A DNA stretch of 64,000 bases from Botryllus schlosseri (GCA_051294905.1 CM119372.1:2668001-2732000); one strand, 5' to 3'; positions 1 to 14,122 are shown, counted from the first letter of the stretch. Numbers and translations: made by a program. The notes: a model not told the origin generated them from the sequence alone.

Positions 1-642
1 CTAAGCTGCGTACGATGAATTGCGTTATCATCGGTGAGGCTTGGCGCGTCTGCGTCATACCTCTGGTTTCGAGCTTTATTTTCGAACAATAAATATCAGT
101 TTTTATAGAGAAAGTGTGGCGCACACGAGGAATCCCATGTAGTGAGTTCGAATTCGCGCTACCATGACGTCACGAATTCCAATTGGGACGTAACAGTTGA
201 TTGGAATGTATGGCTCTTTGGGAGTTGAGGAGGAAAAAATAGGGCCAATATGGCTCTTCGGACGAAAAAGGTTCCCGACCACTGCGGTATAGCATCACTG
301 CATTTGGTAGGAGATTGACAAGCACGGCTATATGTTGGATTCAAATATTTTCTAGAATCATCATTGTCGAGTGTGAATCTGTCGACACAATCTTGGCTAC
401 TCTAATAGCTGTTTGGCCACTCGTTAGGTAAACGCACATTCAACGTCGCCGTTCGGCCTGGAGAATGTGCAAATAGAATAAATGTCACGTAACTGGTTTA
501 GGAATTTAAACTTACAATACAAATATCAACTCACTAGAACTCGCTGGCTGACGATATAAATCTTAGATCGACACTAGTTTTTCTGTAACATTGTTCGGGG
601 CGCATTTTATCAGAATATGTGTATTATGCGGAACGTATAGCA

Positions 643-3012
643 TAGGGTTGCCATATGTCCGGAATTCCCCGGTCAGATCCGGAATTTCACTGTAAAAAGT
701 GCTTCCGGGAGGAAATTCTAAAATAAGCCTTAAATATCCGGAATTTTGAAGGCTTGAAGTAGGCTCAGAAGTTTTTCGTAAATCAACATAAACAATCTTA
801 TTTCCAAGCAGATTTATGCTATTCGAAAAAATTTTTCGCGCTGCGTGCGAGTTAATGCAACGTATTTTGATATTAGTATGGGCACCAGGCACCACCCTCG
901 ACAAAAAAATGCAATCAAAAATAAATATGAATAACCAGCATTTACTGAAATCAGTCTAATTGTAATCCCAGGTATATTCCTAGAGTTGGTTAAGGTCGAT
1001 TGAATGTTTCAGAGGGTTGCAAATCTTGGGGTCGCTTGCCTTTATCTGAGGATCGCGATGATGCTGGACATAATCAGCATCCTAGGCCATGAGTAAGTTT
1101 GATCAAGCTGAAATTCTTTAGTAATCAGCTTACCAAGTTTTGAGCTGGGCCACGGAACATTTTCAAGTTGGAAATGAGGTCGCGACCGTAAAAGGTTTGA
1201 AATCACCAGATGTGCAACCTGCTGGTGCATTTTATAGTAGTCTATTATATGGAAGAATCAACATTATTGACAGAATTCATAAATAAAATTTAACAACCAG
1301 ACAGAGGTGGTCAAAGTAGTCAAGAAAGCTGCTCAAGTAGAAGTAGAAGTAGCGACGAAAAAATCTACTCAAGTACGAGTAGAAGTACTTCTTCTATAAG
1401 CAACCTAAAACTACTTGAAGTAGAAGTAGAATTGACTGACTCAAGTAAGTAAGTATAGTGAAAACGATCCTAATTCGTTCACATGGATTGTAAAAAGGTG
1501 CAAATTGAGCCATGCGATAGGTGACGAGCTTGATTCATATTGATGCATACCAGAAGGTATCCAATTTTCGATAGCATAAGCATTCGTCCACATCATGGGA
1601 TTAAAATGATAGTATTGATATGGAAATGCGATGCTAATCCTCTGTTTTCTCGAACAGCACATTTTAGAAAATAGCATGGTATGGCGCCATCCCCCATATT
1701 ATAAGGCACGTAGTTTAGTCGAAGTGCAATACGGAGACGTTGTATAGGATACAGTGTAAACACTTTGCGCGATTAGTAAACGTTGATAAAAAATATGTGT
1801 AAAAATGCCATTTTGTGTAGCTTTATTTCCAGAAATTAAAGGCATTACTACACTTGCTTCTATACTTCAACATGTATGTTATCCAGACAAAAGAACTGAT
1901 ATTAATTATAACTAAAAGTATATGATACTGGGAATTGAAAATGAAGTATAAATACTACTTCTGAAAGCAGAAGATGTGTTTCATGTTTTTAGTCCAGAAA
2001 GTTCCAAAGGCGGTATGCTAAACAGCTCTAAAACTAAAAAAAGTCAGAGTCCACTTTTCCAGATTAGGATACGCTATGGACATGCTAGATTACGATATGA
2101 CAAGTAAATGCTAGATTGCGAAACATCAGTTTCAAACGTTATGATGAGCCATATATACTGTGATGAATTATTTCATATGGGCGAAGGGCGCCAATGTGGT
2201 GTGAACGGAACCACGCCAACCCTCTACCTAATTTATATTCACCGATACTTTCGTGAAATCATACTGGTCACTCCTTATCCACTGCGCGCGAAGCGCGACG
2301 ATTCTGGGCTTTTCTAAACTTTTGTGAAAATCAAATGTCGATACTCCGTGAAAACAGCCCCGAAATTCGTCAGGCTATCTTCCTGATTGGAAGATTGAAC
2401 TACTTCTACTTAACAAACTGTATATAGCAAAAAGTAAGTAAATATTACGAAGTAGAAGTAGAAGTAGCGAAAATCAGATCTACTTGAGTAAGTACCAGAA
2501 GTAGAGGAAAACTACTTGAGTACTTCGAAAAAGTAGAAGTACTTCGTTACTGGCCACCTCTCCAACCAGATGCATATAGTAAGTATCCAAGAAGTTACAT
2601 CGATTACCTGATGGTGGGCCCAAGACCAGTGCTTTGTTTGGGCGGTAGGGGGCTGAAAAAAATGTTGTTTCGGACCTGATTAAAACATACAACCAGATAG
2701 CCGCACCGACATAACAGTATAGCAGGGCTATCAAACGCAATCCGACAGGCCAGACACGGCCCGGGAGACGATTTCATCCGACCGTGAATAAATCTATTGC
2801 AGACCCTAGCAAGTAGCAATCACCAGAGCTCACATTACAGACGGCCCAATTCATGACCTATTTTCATCTCCATCCTTGCATACAGTCAATGGGCAATGCT
2901 TTGCTTGTGTGACGTCATATTGACAGACAATGTGTTATACCTCATTTTAAAATCAGGTATAGGGGCGCTAAAGAGTGTCCGGAATTTGCTTCACAAAAAT
3001 ATGGTAACCAAA
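643..3012. mobile_element. Non-autonomous hAT-type element (TAGGGTTGCCAT TIR) carrying a nested element
   Basis: TIR tagggttgccat / atggtaaccaaa; TSD GTATAGCA/GTACAGCA. An inverted copy without the nested element lies at 43212-44311. Confidence 0.8.
1302..2562. mobile_element. Non-autonomous hAT-type element, family C (CAGAGGTGGTCA TIR, AGTAGA-rich subterminal repeats)
   Basis: Perfect 8-bp TSD CAACCAGA; inverted copy at 30574-32253. Confidence 0.9.
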
Positions 3013-4904
3013 GTACAGCACTATAGTGCTACGTTACGAAAAGCGATATTCACTATGGCCTATCCCCCCTTCATTCTGTCTCATTTTCCCACTGCCTATT
3101 CTTTAGTCATAACCAGGCCGATTTTTCTGACATGTCAAAAAAGTCAATATATTGTCAAATGTCAAAATTGTTTGCAGAGTAAAATTTTTTTGCAGCCTGC
3201 ATTTCGTTTGTATCGAAGATTTTGTACCGTCCGTGAACATATCATTTGACATTTTATAGCTCGTAGTTACTTTATAGGCCGACCGTTGTACACGGCTCAT
3301 TGTCTGCTCATTGTGAATAATAAACATTCAAATAAAACAAATAGGTTGACATGGTGTTATGCTCAACGTACCGCAATATCCTAACTGAAGCAAGACTACG
3401 TGGGCATTGCATGGTTCCTATATATTGAGGCGCATGACGAAAAATTGTGATGTAGACACCATTCTCAGAATGAAGTAACACGGTGTGTCACCAACAGTGC
3501 ACTCACAAATTAAGTGTTGTTAGCCAACAACTTCGGCTGTTGAACGTTCTTTCTCCATTCTTGCAAGCTACTTAGTAAGGACAGAAACTTTCTACCCGAG
3601 AATGTAGGAAAGCATATCTTTCGTTGCACCACAAAAAATTTCAATTATTTCTACCATATTACATGATGTAACTACTGGAATTCTTCATAGGGCCATATTT
3701 AGTTACAATAAAGTATTTTCATGTAAAAAACTGTCCGTTTTTTAGTCAAAAAAGTTTTTTCAGGCCAAACTACTTCGTAAGGGCAGACAGTTCCAAGGAA
3801 AAATTTAGATAAGTAGTACAATTCTTACATTATGTGGGGAAGCACCTAATTTGCAAACGATTTTTAGTTCAAAATAACCGTCGTCCTAAAAATCGTCCTA
3901 GTCATGACCTAAATCTGTCTGGCAAAACGAGAGTTAGGCTGAGAAGAAAGCGCCAGACAGTCCTGTTGCGTCACAATGCCAAAACTCGATCACAAAGCAA
4001 ATTTCTAGGGTGATTTTGGGGGTTCCAGGACCATGAACGGAACTAGATTTATATTTTCGTAATCGATGGAGCAGCAGCTTTGCATTGACCCGTTTTATTG
4101 ACCTTAGCGCTCGGCAAGCCGGTCAAAAATGGTCGCAATGTTGCCTTTGTTCAAATGGAAAGTATGACGAAACCCAAATGCAGTGAGCCGTTCAGTCTCG
4201 CTGTGTCCACACCATATAGGACACTATATGATATTACCATCTTCAAAGCCGTATCAGCAAGTGAGGAGTAGTGATATTTATTGGGAACAGGACAATAGCT
4301 TACTTTGAACAAAAACAACAATATTTATTTAAACAGAAATCAATATCAGCATTTCAAAATGCTTTACCAAGCGTTCTTCCGAAATTTCAAATCAGGTCGT
4401 GGACAGCAAAATATGACCTCGCGGGCCGCGTGTTGGTGACCCCTGCACCATGAGATAGTTAAGCAAGTGGCCCTTTGCGCAGTACTGGTATCAAAAAGAC
4501 TTCCGACTTCGGAGTGTTGCTGCCATCTAGCGAGCTTTACTTCAAAATGGGAAGTAGTACCTCACCTTTTCGCGTGAGTACGACAGAGAAAATCTTTATT
4601 TTTCAACTGTGCTAATCAATGGGTATACATAACACAAATGCGACTGAGTCAAATGTAATAGAGGGATAAGCGAGGTATATACTGGAAGCTCGACAGAACA
4701 GAACCATCAATACCGAGCTACCCGAGCAAGTAGCATCTTACTACAAGAGTCGTTACCCAAACAAAACCTTTAGATTAATTACCGCAATTATAAATGTAGA
4801 GAAACATCAACAACAAAAGCTCACAGAATCATGGTAACTGATTCCACGGGCAAGGCGGGACAATCATGGCAACAATTTATAACCAGTATAGTTGAAATGT
4901 GATG

Positions 4905-5798
4905 CAGTGTTGGGATCAAGTCACTACCTTCGAGTCACGAGTCATTTCGAGTCATTGCACATTTTGACTCGAGTCAAGTCAAGTCACTCGATTTTTGGAG
5001 GTGACTCGAGTCAAGTCGAGTCAAGTCAAGTCAAGTCACGAGTCAAGTCACAATTCAAGTCAAGTTGCCTTTTCGAAGTATGAGGTATGATTACGTCATT
5101 GCATTTTGCTAGCTGTCTGAAATACTGATTGCGTCGTCATAGATTTTGAACAGATGAACGAATATAGGGTTGAATATACACGCGAGAAGGCATTGTATCG
5201 CTCACATATACGTAAAATTGCTGATTGCATAGCCTCAGTTTATAATTACCAGCCGAAATAGAGAATAGAGAAACGAATTGATAAGATGCAATACATTACC
5301 CATTTACAAACTGATATGATACAATTCGAGCCTGCGCCAGTGGCTGAGGACTATATACACTATATTCAACGTCAATTAATAAAACAAGAGGCTTGGTTAA
5401 GGTAAGAACAAAGAACAGAAATAGACATTTTGCTATTAAATTACTTTACTATACCAGTTTACGACAACGTAAGCTGTAAGCTTCGATAACTTTGTTTGTG
5501 GTCAATTTATTTGTGAGATTACAATGGAGGCTCAGTAAAACGCACGATCATTGAATGATTGGTCGCTCTCACGGGTTACACTAGCGTTTCTCGAACAATC
5601 CGAAGATAAGCAAGATACAGTGATTTTTATCAACACCTATTACTTGATGACTTGAAATTGACTCGTGAATTTTGCTCCGAGTCACGAGTCAATCCACTTT
5701 TCTGATACGACGAGTCAAGTCAAGTCAAGTCAATTTAGAAAGTGACTCGAGTCAAGTCAAGTCACACGAAAAAGGTGACTCGAGTCATCCCAACACTG
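4905..5798. mobile_element. hAT-type MITE family A (CAGTGTTGGGAT TIR, GAGTCAAGTC subterminal arrays)
   Basis: Perfect TSD ATGTGATG; other copies at 20311-21197, 40636-44790 and 56529-56870. Confidence 0.92.
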
Positions 5799-5955
5799 AT
5801 GTGATGACACGTCCTTCAAAATGCCATCTCAACTAATAATAGGCTATTACTTTCACTCGGCCTGAACTCAGTTCACGCTGTGAGTTCAATTGATCAATGC
5901 ACCGGAAGTCGGAACAAATTCATGAGATTTTGTTTCCTTGATGCAAGCCACACAG

Positions 5956-8900
5956 CTATATATCTATTACTTCTTCTGATATTATTCGTTCTCCTGTAGT
6001 ATAATTGCATGGTTGACCGTCCCATTTCCATTGCTGTCCTGTCAATGCTTCAAGCTTTCTGTTGAAAGATTCGTAAAATATTCGTAATTTACCGCAAGCA
6101 TTCGCTGTCCCTGATGTACAGTTCCCTTTGAATGTTCCTTGCCCGCTATTAACGTCGCATTGCAGTCTAGGAACGTCAAAATTTGTAGCACGGACTTCAC
6201 GGTGTTCTTTGTACCACCACGGACGCAAACAAAAGCTACCGGTTCCTGGATGTCGCGCAAATGAAGTAGCATGCAACACAACTGGAATTGACAGAAAGCG
6301 TTGGACCGACTCAATGTGGGAGCCAGGATCCTGTTGAAACGTGTCGCCATTCATGATCATAATTCTCGAAAGAGTAAATACATCCATCCACCGCCGGATA
6401 TATTCAGAATACAGCCCAAACGCATATATGGAAAGCTGCTGACTTGCGTGTATTTTGCTTCTTATTTTATCCGAAACGCGTTTATTGCCTTGAAATATGT
6501 TCTTTACTAGCGACAAGTAGGTCTGTGCGTGTTCAACAAAACTGCGCTTTGCCATCCCCGACTTTTTCGCTCTCTGAAATGTTGAAGTTCAGTATACTTC
6601 CACTAATCGAGGCACATTGATGTGATATACATATATGTAGGGTTGTCATAAGTCCGAAATTTCACAGTAAAAACTGCGTCCGGGAGGAAATTCTAAAATA
6701 TGCCGAAATGTCCGGACTGTCCGGAATTTTGAACTAATTTTCTTGTCAATTGTTCCAGTAAAAGTGAGAGTATAATATAATAACATAAGCACTTTTGTAA
6801 GTAGTTTAAAATAGACGAAACCTTCTTGAGTACTCCAAAAAAGAAGACTTAGGCCTACTACGTACTGACCACCTCTATAGGTAGGTAGCAGAGATGAGCG
6901 GATTTGGAATTTCTATTTCCTAATCCAATCCAAATCCGAACCTTAAAAATCCAAATCCTAATCCGTAACTTTCTCATATCCAAGTCCATGTCCAATCCTA
7001 ATCCGATTCCAACTGGAAATTCAGAAAAAGTGCTAATTTATGCAAGGGAGGGGTTAGAAAATTTTCTTTCACAACCAACGATGCCCTTGATTCAAGATAA
7101 CTTAGTAATCATAAGTAGCCTACATTAATAACTGATCCGAATAAAGTTTGTCGCCATTCGCCACACGACATATCAATCTCCCAGAAAATAGGTAAATCCA
7201 ATCCAAATAGTAATCCGTTTAGAAAAAAATCTCTAATCCTAATCCAATCCAAATCCGACAAAATTTGACAAATCCTGTTTTTTCAAATCCTAATCCTAAT
7301 CCATGCTCATCTCTGGTAGGTAGGTTATGATAGCTATCAAATTATTATTGATGACGAAGATGACACGATGATGATAAAACATGCACGTCCGTACATTGGA
7401 TGTGTAAGCGGAAAGAGCCCTTTTCACTGGATCACAGATGACGAAAATGAGCTTTACTCCTGGACAGTCACGATTGATTATAGATGGAAGATTTCTCATG
7501 GGGGCGTAGAAATAGCTAGCTGATGATTCCAGTATGATCTCGTCTGCCGTTGCGTTAAGTAGAGTGGACCTGCAAAGTACAACAGGGATGCGGTCGCGGG
7601 TGGCGTAATTGTGTTGATATCGCCCCTGATCAGTGATGAGTCGGGTTGGTATTGGCGACCTTGGCCTCTCTGATATAGAGTATACACGTAAAAGCGTGAT
7701 CTGGTAACAGTCATGGACAATTAGATAATTCTAGTTGTCTAAATATACTAAGAGCGAACTGTCGGTAATCTAATTATGAGCTAATTAGCGAAATGTTTCC
7801 ATGCTCTCACTATGATTTCAATCTAATTCCTGGTTTACATGAAAATGCTACACGAGAAATGTTTAGTGCGAAACGAGCCAGGCTTGGTGTATAGAGACTG
7901 CTTATGAGAAATGAACTCTGATTTGGAATGAACTGAACTGGGTGTTTATTGTATTTCCGTCTATTTCGCAATTTAATCAAATTTGTTGTTCAGATCATTC
8001 AGTAATTCAAATTTAAAACTAGTTCGGGAAAACTGTGTGGATAATTCCAATTCTAATATAGTTTGAGAAAAGTGAATATTTTATAATTGTCCAACTCTGC
8101 CTGGTAAATTGCTGGCACACAATCACTTTCCGGTAAGAAATATATTTTCACAGTTTACAAAATTAATGCTTCACTAATTTTGAATCAAAGCTATTTGTCG
8201 ATGGCCTATAATAGGAAACATTATTGCCCCCATTTTAGGTTATATTACATGCCACACGTTTATATGTTTACTACATGTACAGTACATGATCAAAGTTGAC
8301 TTTCTTGTTAATATCAATCACAAACACACTTATCAGTAATATGTTTCAGTTTCTTTTCAAAGTTTTATTCAATCTCGAGCTGGAGAAAGTAAATTATGTG
8401 ATATTAGACCAATTTAGGGAATGATATCTTTAGCAAAATTGAAGCATCATACAGCGTTACAATCCTTATGGTACACCTATATACGTTCTATTTCGTATTA
8501 TTGTAATGTACCGATACCTATAGTATCGTAAATCTCGTTTACGATTTCTTGTATAGAAGTTGGTCGTGGTTTTCGTATATCTCACGAGAGGATGGTGATC
8601 CAGAAAAAATGTAAGTTTATCAGCCTCGCATCCAGCTGCTCCAATCACGATCACGTCGGGTGTTCGACTATAGCTTTTCTGAACCAGGAATAGAGGAAAA
8701 CAACGTCTGATTTGCTTTAGAATCCACATGAAGGCCTACTTACTTTCGTCGTGGAATTTCTGAGAATCTCCAATCGCAATTCGATTTCCATTTGTATCTT
8801 CTTCCTGCGAAACTCTGTCGAGAAACATAGCAGTTTTGTACATTGGTATCACTAAATAATCACAGCCCGATTAGTAGCTTAAAATGCGCCTAGAAATGTC

Positions 8901-11900
8901 CGACACGTGAGAGTTTATGGCAATGATTCCTTGCCCATGGTCCACGGAACGCTATGAGGTTCTCAGGAGGGCAAGACACGCGTGTAACTCATGTGATTTG
9001 TGATAATACGCCCGTCTTGACCATCATTGCTTGCAGTTAATTTGGCGCGATAAGTAGTCGAATTGTGACTGTTGGTGTGCTATGTCGTGTGCAGTGGCGT
9101 ACTTAGGGTAGGTTGGGGTTCAAAATGGAAACCATGTCCTTGGTATCACGTATCATTGCGTTTAGACTAAGTGATTTTCGCACTGGGGGACGTGAAAGCA
9201 TCTGAGAAGAGGTGCAAAGCCACCTGAGATAAGTCATGTTTCTTGATCAAGGAATGAGTTTAATTTGTGCTGAAACTTCCACATTTCAACATTGGAAAAA
9301 ATCCTAATTATATTTCGATTTTAAATGTCATAATTGCGTTGTATCATCCATATACTGATTCTAGATTTTGGCTGATATCGAGCCTTCCATTAATCTGAAG
9401 ATATCGCTGAATGAAGTGTTACTGGTGAATGCGTATAGCTATTCTCCTAGGGTTGCATTTAAAAGAAACGATGTTTTAAAACACTTTCTTTAAAACATGT
9501 TTTAAACAGTGTTTTAAACAAATACCTTTAAAAAAATGTGTTTTTTTAAGTTGTAAAATTATGCCATAATTACGCAAACAATTTCCAAAAAACATGTTGT
9601 ATGGGCCTACGGACAATTATACCACCCCATTTATCCGACGTATATCGATATGGGATGGTTGGCACCCTCAGAATAATCGGTTCAACAGTTATAGTACAGA
9701 TATTCCGTCAAAGGCACTATATTTACCCTATATTTTCAATTGTCAATGTCAATGTTAATCCATTATGGCGTCACAATTGAATATTTATGACGTAACTTGA
9801 AAAAACAAAAAAAAAAACAATAAAATTCATGTTTTAAATTAGGGCTTTGTTTTAAACATGTTTGTTTTTAATTGATTTTTGTTTTAATGCAACCCTATAG
9901 GTGCCGTTTTTTTTTCATTTAGCTTATGGTCAGGTACGTTTAAGCAAAGCGCAAGTGGAGCAATAGAACGGATTAGGCACCAAGACGTAACACCTCGCAT
10001 TTCTTAACTGGTATCTTCAAAAACCACTCTGATTTCGATGAATGTTCATTCTATTGTTTTCGTTTTGTGTGGAAATCATATTTTGATGTCAGTCAGTCAG
10101 TCAGTCAGTCAGGCTTATTAATATTTTTATCGTTTCAAAACATCACAAGACTGCGATACAATGAAAAGATAGGAGGGTGTCGAAACAACTTGGAGTAACC
10201 ATTAAGATCAGACACCCACCTTAGCCTAGGCGAAGTAAATAAGAGGCATGCACACTGAATGAAAAGTAATGCAGAGAATATAAGACGCAAGCGACAAAAT
10301 GGGGTGGCATGTGGCGGATGGCGAGGTCGATGTTAGGTCGTGGTCCGGTAATCCTGAAGACTGTCTAGTATGTATAAGATGTCTATAGTCAAATGTTTAC
10401 TGGGGTAGATTTTTCTTTGAATGACCCAACGAAAACTTTGTGTTACGCCAGGGCCGGGCAACATACGGCCCGCGGGCTCGCGACGGGATTTTTTCCGGCC
10501 TGCGGCCCCAGTCTGCCGAGATTCCCCACTACTTGCTTGAACGTCAAATTTTAGTGACTGTATGTTATTATATACGTGTGTGCGCAGCGTACGCGAGTAG
10601 AGCTTACGGGTAAGTTTGTCGAAGCGAGAAGACTTGCATTATTGGCATTAACCATGTACTCTACCCTAATGAATTGATATCTTGGTAAATATGGGATACC
10701 GGGCTTATCGAACGCCTTGAAATCCTAATTAAGGATTGCACCATAGTGTCCTATATGGTGTGCACGCAAGTAAATCTCACGGCTTAGTGAAATTGGTCTA
10801 TACGTCACACTTTACATTTGGCTAAAGGCAATTTGACGGTATTTTTTACCGGCTTGCCGAATATTAAATTAGATAAAACTGGTATCAATAGAAAGCTACC
10901 GAGGTACTGATTGCAAAAAATATATAGATTTTATTCTGCTATGGGCCCTGGAACTCAAAAATCACCCTCGAATGTTGCATTTTAACGGAGTTTGGTATTG
11001 TGACGCATCCATTCCGTCTGAGCAGCTCAGGAGCAAGTGGGCACGAGATAAGAGTGAGAGTGTGAATGCTCAATTGGTTGCAAACAATGGCCAAGACGCT
11101 TGCGGTTCGCGCTGCTTTCACTTGCTCCCAGAGGGCATGATTGCGTCACAATACCAAATACCGTTACAATACAACATTTATATTTGCGCAATCAGTACCG
11201 CGGTAGCTTTCGATTGGCACCCGTTTTATCAAATTTCGCGATCGGCAAGCCGGTCACTATAGGACACTATGGTGGCACCGTGTGTTAATTGATCAGTAAG
11301 AAGCAGACATGGCGTCGCCTGTATGACAATGCTATTCTCAAATCTACATTGTCTTCGTCATTATCGGCGAGAAATGGCTTTGAAGTGACATTGCTGTCGT
11401 TAAAATACACTCATTAAATACGATTTATTCCGTGTATAGTGGTAAATGGGCGAAGAGTGTATCGATTCAGCAATCCGGCCCGCCAAGTACTTGATTTTCC
11501 TGTATCCGGCCCTCCGACTGGAGAAGTTGCCCGCCCCTGTGTTACGCGAAGACTTATAGATTACCATAGGTTGTTGTTGTTTATGGTATGCATGGTGTTT
11601 ATCGACTACAGTCGACTACAATGGTCATTTACACCAGGCCGACAATTCTTATTTTTGATTCCGTAACTGCCGACTTGCGGTAGCACCAGCACCGTAACTG
11701 CCGCACCCCAAACCCCCCAATTGGGGGGGGGCGAGCTCGAAGGGGGCCCGAAATTATTTCGTGAATTAGCATAAATCAGAGTATTTTTTGAAAATTTACG
11801 CAATTTTTTCAAAATTTTTAGCGCTGCGCGCGAATTCAGGTAGCCATTTCTATTTATTATTGGGTATTGGGCCATTACCACGCCACGACCCACCAAGACA

Positions 11901-14122
11901 TACAATCAAGTTTTAGGCCATATAACATGCGACTCCAAGAAGTGTGCCAGAACGATCGGCAACGAGAAAACCTTGGCCGAAAAGGTCTATGCCCTTATGA
12001 TGACCGAAGACTTCGTTATATATACAAAATACATATAGGTTTAATTGTCCATAGGCGCCTAAATGACTGGCGCCGAATGTTTCTGTCTTTGCAATCTGAA
12101 CCTCACAAGACAAATACCATCCCGCTGGGAAAAATTTTATGCCAGTGAAGAAATACCAATTTGAAATCGTGTGCGTCTCTTAGTTTAGAAGCCTACGTCT
12201 GGGCGATTCTATATTTTTTGATATAGCAGACTGGAAGTCACGAAATAACATCATCTAACGAAGTCATATCAACGGGTCCGCCCGCCCGAAGATGTTTAAT
12301 TATTATTTACGGGCCCGCCCGTTTTCAAGACACTTCACTCAGCTCTACCGGTAAATCTAATTACGTGAGTAGAGAGGACAATAAATTGATAGCATAATAT
12401 ATATGCAATCGCCGATCTAATTGACCGATTTTATCATAAATTATCGAAAATTTTCGCGCTTCGTGCTGGCTCACAATAAAGTACAGATGATTTCGTGACA
12501 AACGCGAACAACGTGATGGAGGGGTCGTTTCATCAGCCAATGGGAGCCCAAGACCCACGTTTTTGGGGGCCTGACGAGGTGCTGTTTCGTTCCTGCCAAC
12601 GGGTATACGCCCGAAGATGTTTAATTATTATTGAGTGGTCCTACCTTTTCAAACACACCTCACCCAGCTCTACCGGCAAATCTGATTACGTGAGCAGATA
12701 GAAGATCCAAATTGATAACAATATATATGCCATTCCCGATCATACTGACCGATTCAATCATGAATTATAGAAATTTCCCGCGCTTCGCGCGCATAGGCGA
12801 CAAAAGCTTGTTCACTAAATAAACTCCCAACCAATACGATAAATAGCGGTAAACAGGGTATCGCCGGAGGGGGGTCTGGGGGCGAAGCCCCCCAAAAGTT
12901 CGGTCTATAACCCTATGGGGGGCCCAAGACCAAAGTTTTTTTGGGGGGCCTGACGAAGTGCTGTTACGGCCCTGGGTAGCACGGCCCACTTCTAGGCTTT
13001 TTGTAAGACACCGCTTGCGCGGATGAGATGGTGAGAAGGAGCCTATTACATCCAACACGTAAGCAGGAGTTCTAGAGTCGACCTCGGTCATATTCGAACC
13101 CACAAACTATTGGTGTTGGTGTAGTAGCTGTGGCTTATACCATAGGGTTACCATAGTTGGAAATCTAAAAAGAGGACACTTTTTCAGAATTTTCAGACTT
13201 GCAAAGCCGTTTTTCCTTTCACATTTTCAGGTGGTTGACTAAAAAAAGGTCATCTCCGGCCTGAGCGTTACTTCGGTGCTGATTTACGGTATCTCAGTCG
13301 ATTTTGGCCTTTGGCCGTAAATTTCACCGAAACTCTCAAAAAAGAGGACAAAATCTCAAAAAAAACGGACAAAAGGGCGTCTTCCGAAGACGCTTTCAAA
13401 AAGTCAAAAAAGAGGACAAATCCTCTTGAAAGTGGACGTATGGCAATAGCAACCCTATTATACCCCTACTATCTCTCCACCTTTACCGTAGGTGTTCCAC
13501 AAGTTAGTAATGTTCAAAACCACTGATTTATGGGAATGTACTAGCTTGCATACACTCTAGATCAGAGGTTCTCAAACTGGTGGGGACTGGGGGAGGGGAG
13601 GGGGGCTGCGTGAAAGCATCTGAATGGGCTGAGAAGCTGCGGTCAACTGAAAAAAATCTCGTTCCCCGCGCGATTCACCTCCAATTCATACTTATTTCTC
13701 TATATATAGTCCGAATCTTATATTTTAAAATTCTCTCATCAACAGTCATAACATTCCATGCCATTAAACTATCCGTTGGGGTTTCTAGCATTCTCGTTGC
13801 ATTTTGTGATATGACGATAAAAGGGGCGCGAAATGTTTCGCCATGGCAAAGGGGGGGCGTGTCCAAAAAAGTTTGAAAACCGCTGCTCTAGATCCAACCC
13901 GAATGTACGCAACTCCGTTCAAATGTTCTTGGATGTAAAATATGAAGGCGTCGTAGTTGGCTATAGCCTACCTTCGATTCGTAACCGTATCCGGTGATAA
14001 TCTTTGACTTTCCTCATTCTCCCGCGATCTTGGTGTACCTCCGCGACATAGACCAATACCTGGAGACTAACCAATGTCACCAACACTACCGCGCATATAT
14101 GGAAGAATCTCAAAGAGAACAT
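5956..14122 (-). CDS. HS3ST-like sulfotransferase-fold protein, copy 1 (391 aa, type II membrane); catalytic motifs degenerate, probable pseudoenzyme
   Basis: Hand-spliced exons 14122-13972, 8814-8744, 8678-8518, 7569-7395, 6573-5956. All introns GT-AG with compatible phases 1,0,2,0; 1176 nt, no internal stops. N-terminal signal anchor MFSLRFFHICAVVLVTLVSLQVLVYVA. Fold motifs RTPDVIVIG, KLIFVICDPVKRALSAY, GLYSEYIRRWMDVF, LRIFYESFNRKL. Exon structure matches the paralog at 25681-32764. Confidence 0.85.
6889..7315. mobile_element. hAT-type MITE family B (CAGAGATGAGC TIR, AATCC repeats), 427 bp, intronic
   Basis: Perfect TSD GTAGGTAG; same-length copy at 41834-42260. Confidence 0.92.
9448..9897. 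mobile_element. MITE (TAGGGTTGCATT TIR)
   Basis: TIRs at both ends; homologous to 16930-17263; TSD eroded. Confidence 0.75.
10088..10370 (-). mobile_element. 3' end fragment of CR1/L2-group LINE with (TGAC)n tail
   Basis: Reverse complement matches 58590-58888 and the 3' UTR of the LINE at 62541-63700; (GTCA)6 at 10088-10111. Confidence 0.8.
10449..11539. mobile_element. Charlie/Buster-type hAT non-autonomous element (CAGGG..GGGCAAC TIR) with nested insert
   Basis: Perfect TSD TGTTACGC (central TA); ends related to 38682, 47496 and 51565 copies. Confidence 0.88.
10742..11271. mobile_element. CATAGTGTCCTATA-TIR element nested in 10449-11539
   Basis: 14-bp TIR catagtgtcctata/tataggacactatg; a related partial copy ends at about 4228. 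Confidence 0.7.
11687..12974. mobile_element. Non-autonomous hAT-type element, family F (CAGnnCCGTAAC TIR)
   Basis: Perfect TSD GGTAGCAC; inverted copy at 52881-54362; internal duplication around 12280-12530/12605-12790. Confidence 0.85.
12990..13480 (-). mobile_element. Putative tRNA-derived SINE interrupted by the 13143-13457 element
   Basis: B-box-like GGGTTCGAA followed by GAGGTCGACTC on the minus strand; body recurs inverted at about 14475-14580. Confidence 0.4.
13143..13457. mobile_element. hAT-type MITE family D (TAGGGTTACCAT TIR)
   Basis: TSD TTATACCA/TTATACCC; homologous to 31329-31729. Confidence 0.8.
13563..13885. mobile_element. Charlie-type hAT MITE
   Basis: TIR cagaggttctcaaact/agtttgaaaaccgctg; perfect TSD CTCTAGAT (nTCTAGAn, typical of Charlie). 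Confidence 0.85.

Noticed and set aside
4905..5083. Regularly repeated GAGTCAAGTC arrays and S/Q/V-rich ORFs (also 20311, 44636, 56725) resembling CRISPR or a repeat protein
   Set aside because: Subterminal repeats of MITE family A; no unique spacers and no cas genes.
6904..7128. ORFs with NPNP repeats (also 41938-42168)
   Set aside because: Translations of the AATCC repeats in MITE family B.
13085..13140. GGGTTCGAA as a possible tRNA gene
   Set aside because: No cloverleaf can be built; it fits a decayed SINE head interrupted by a MITE.
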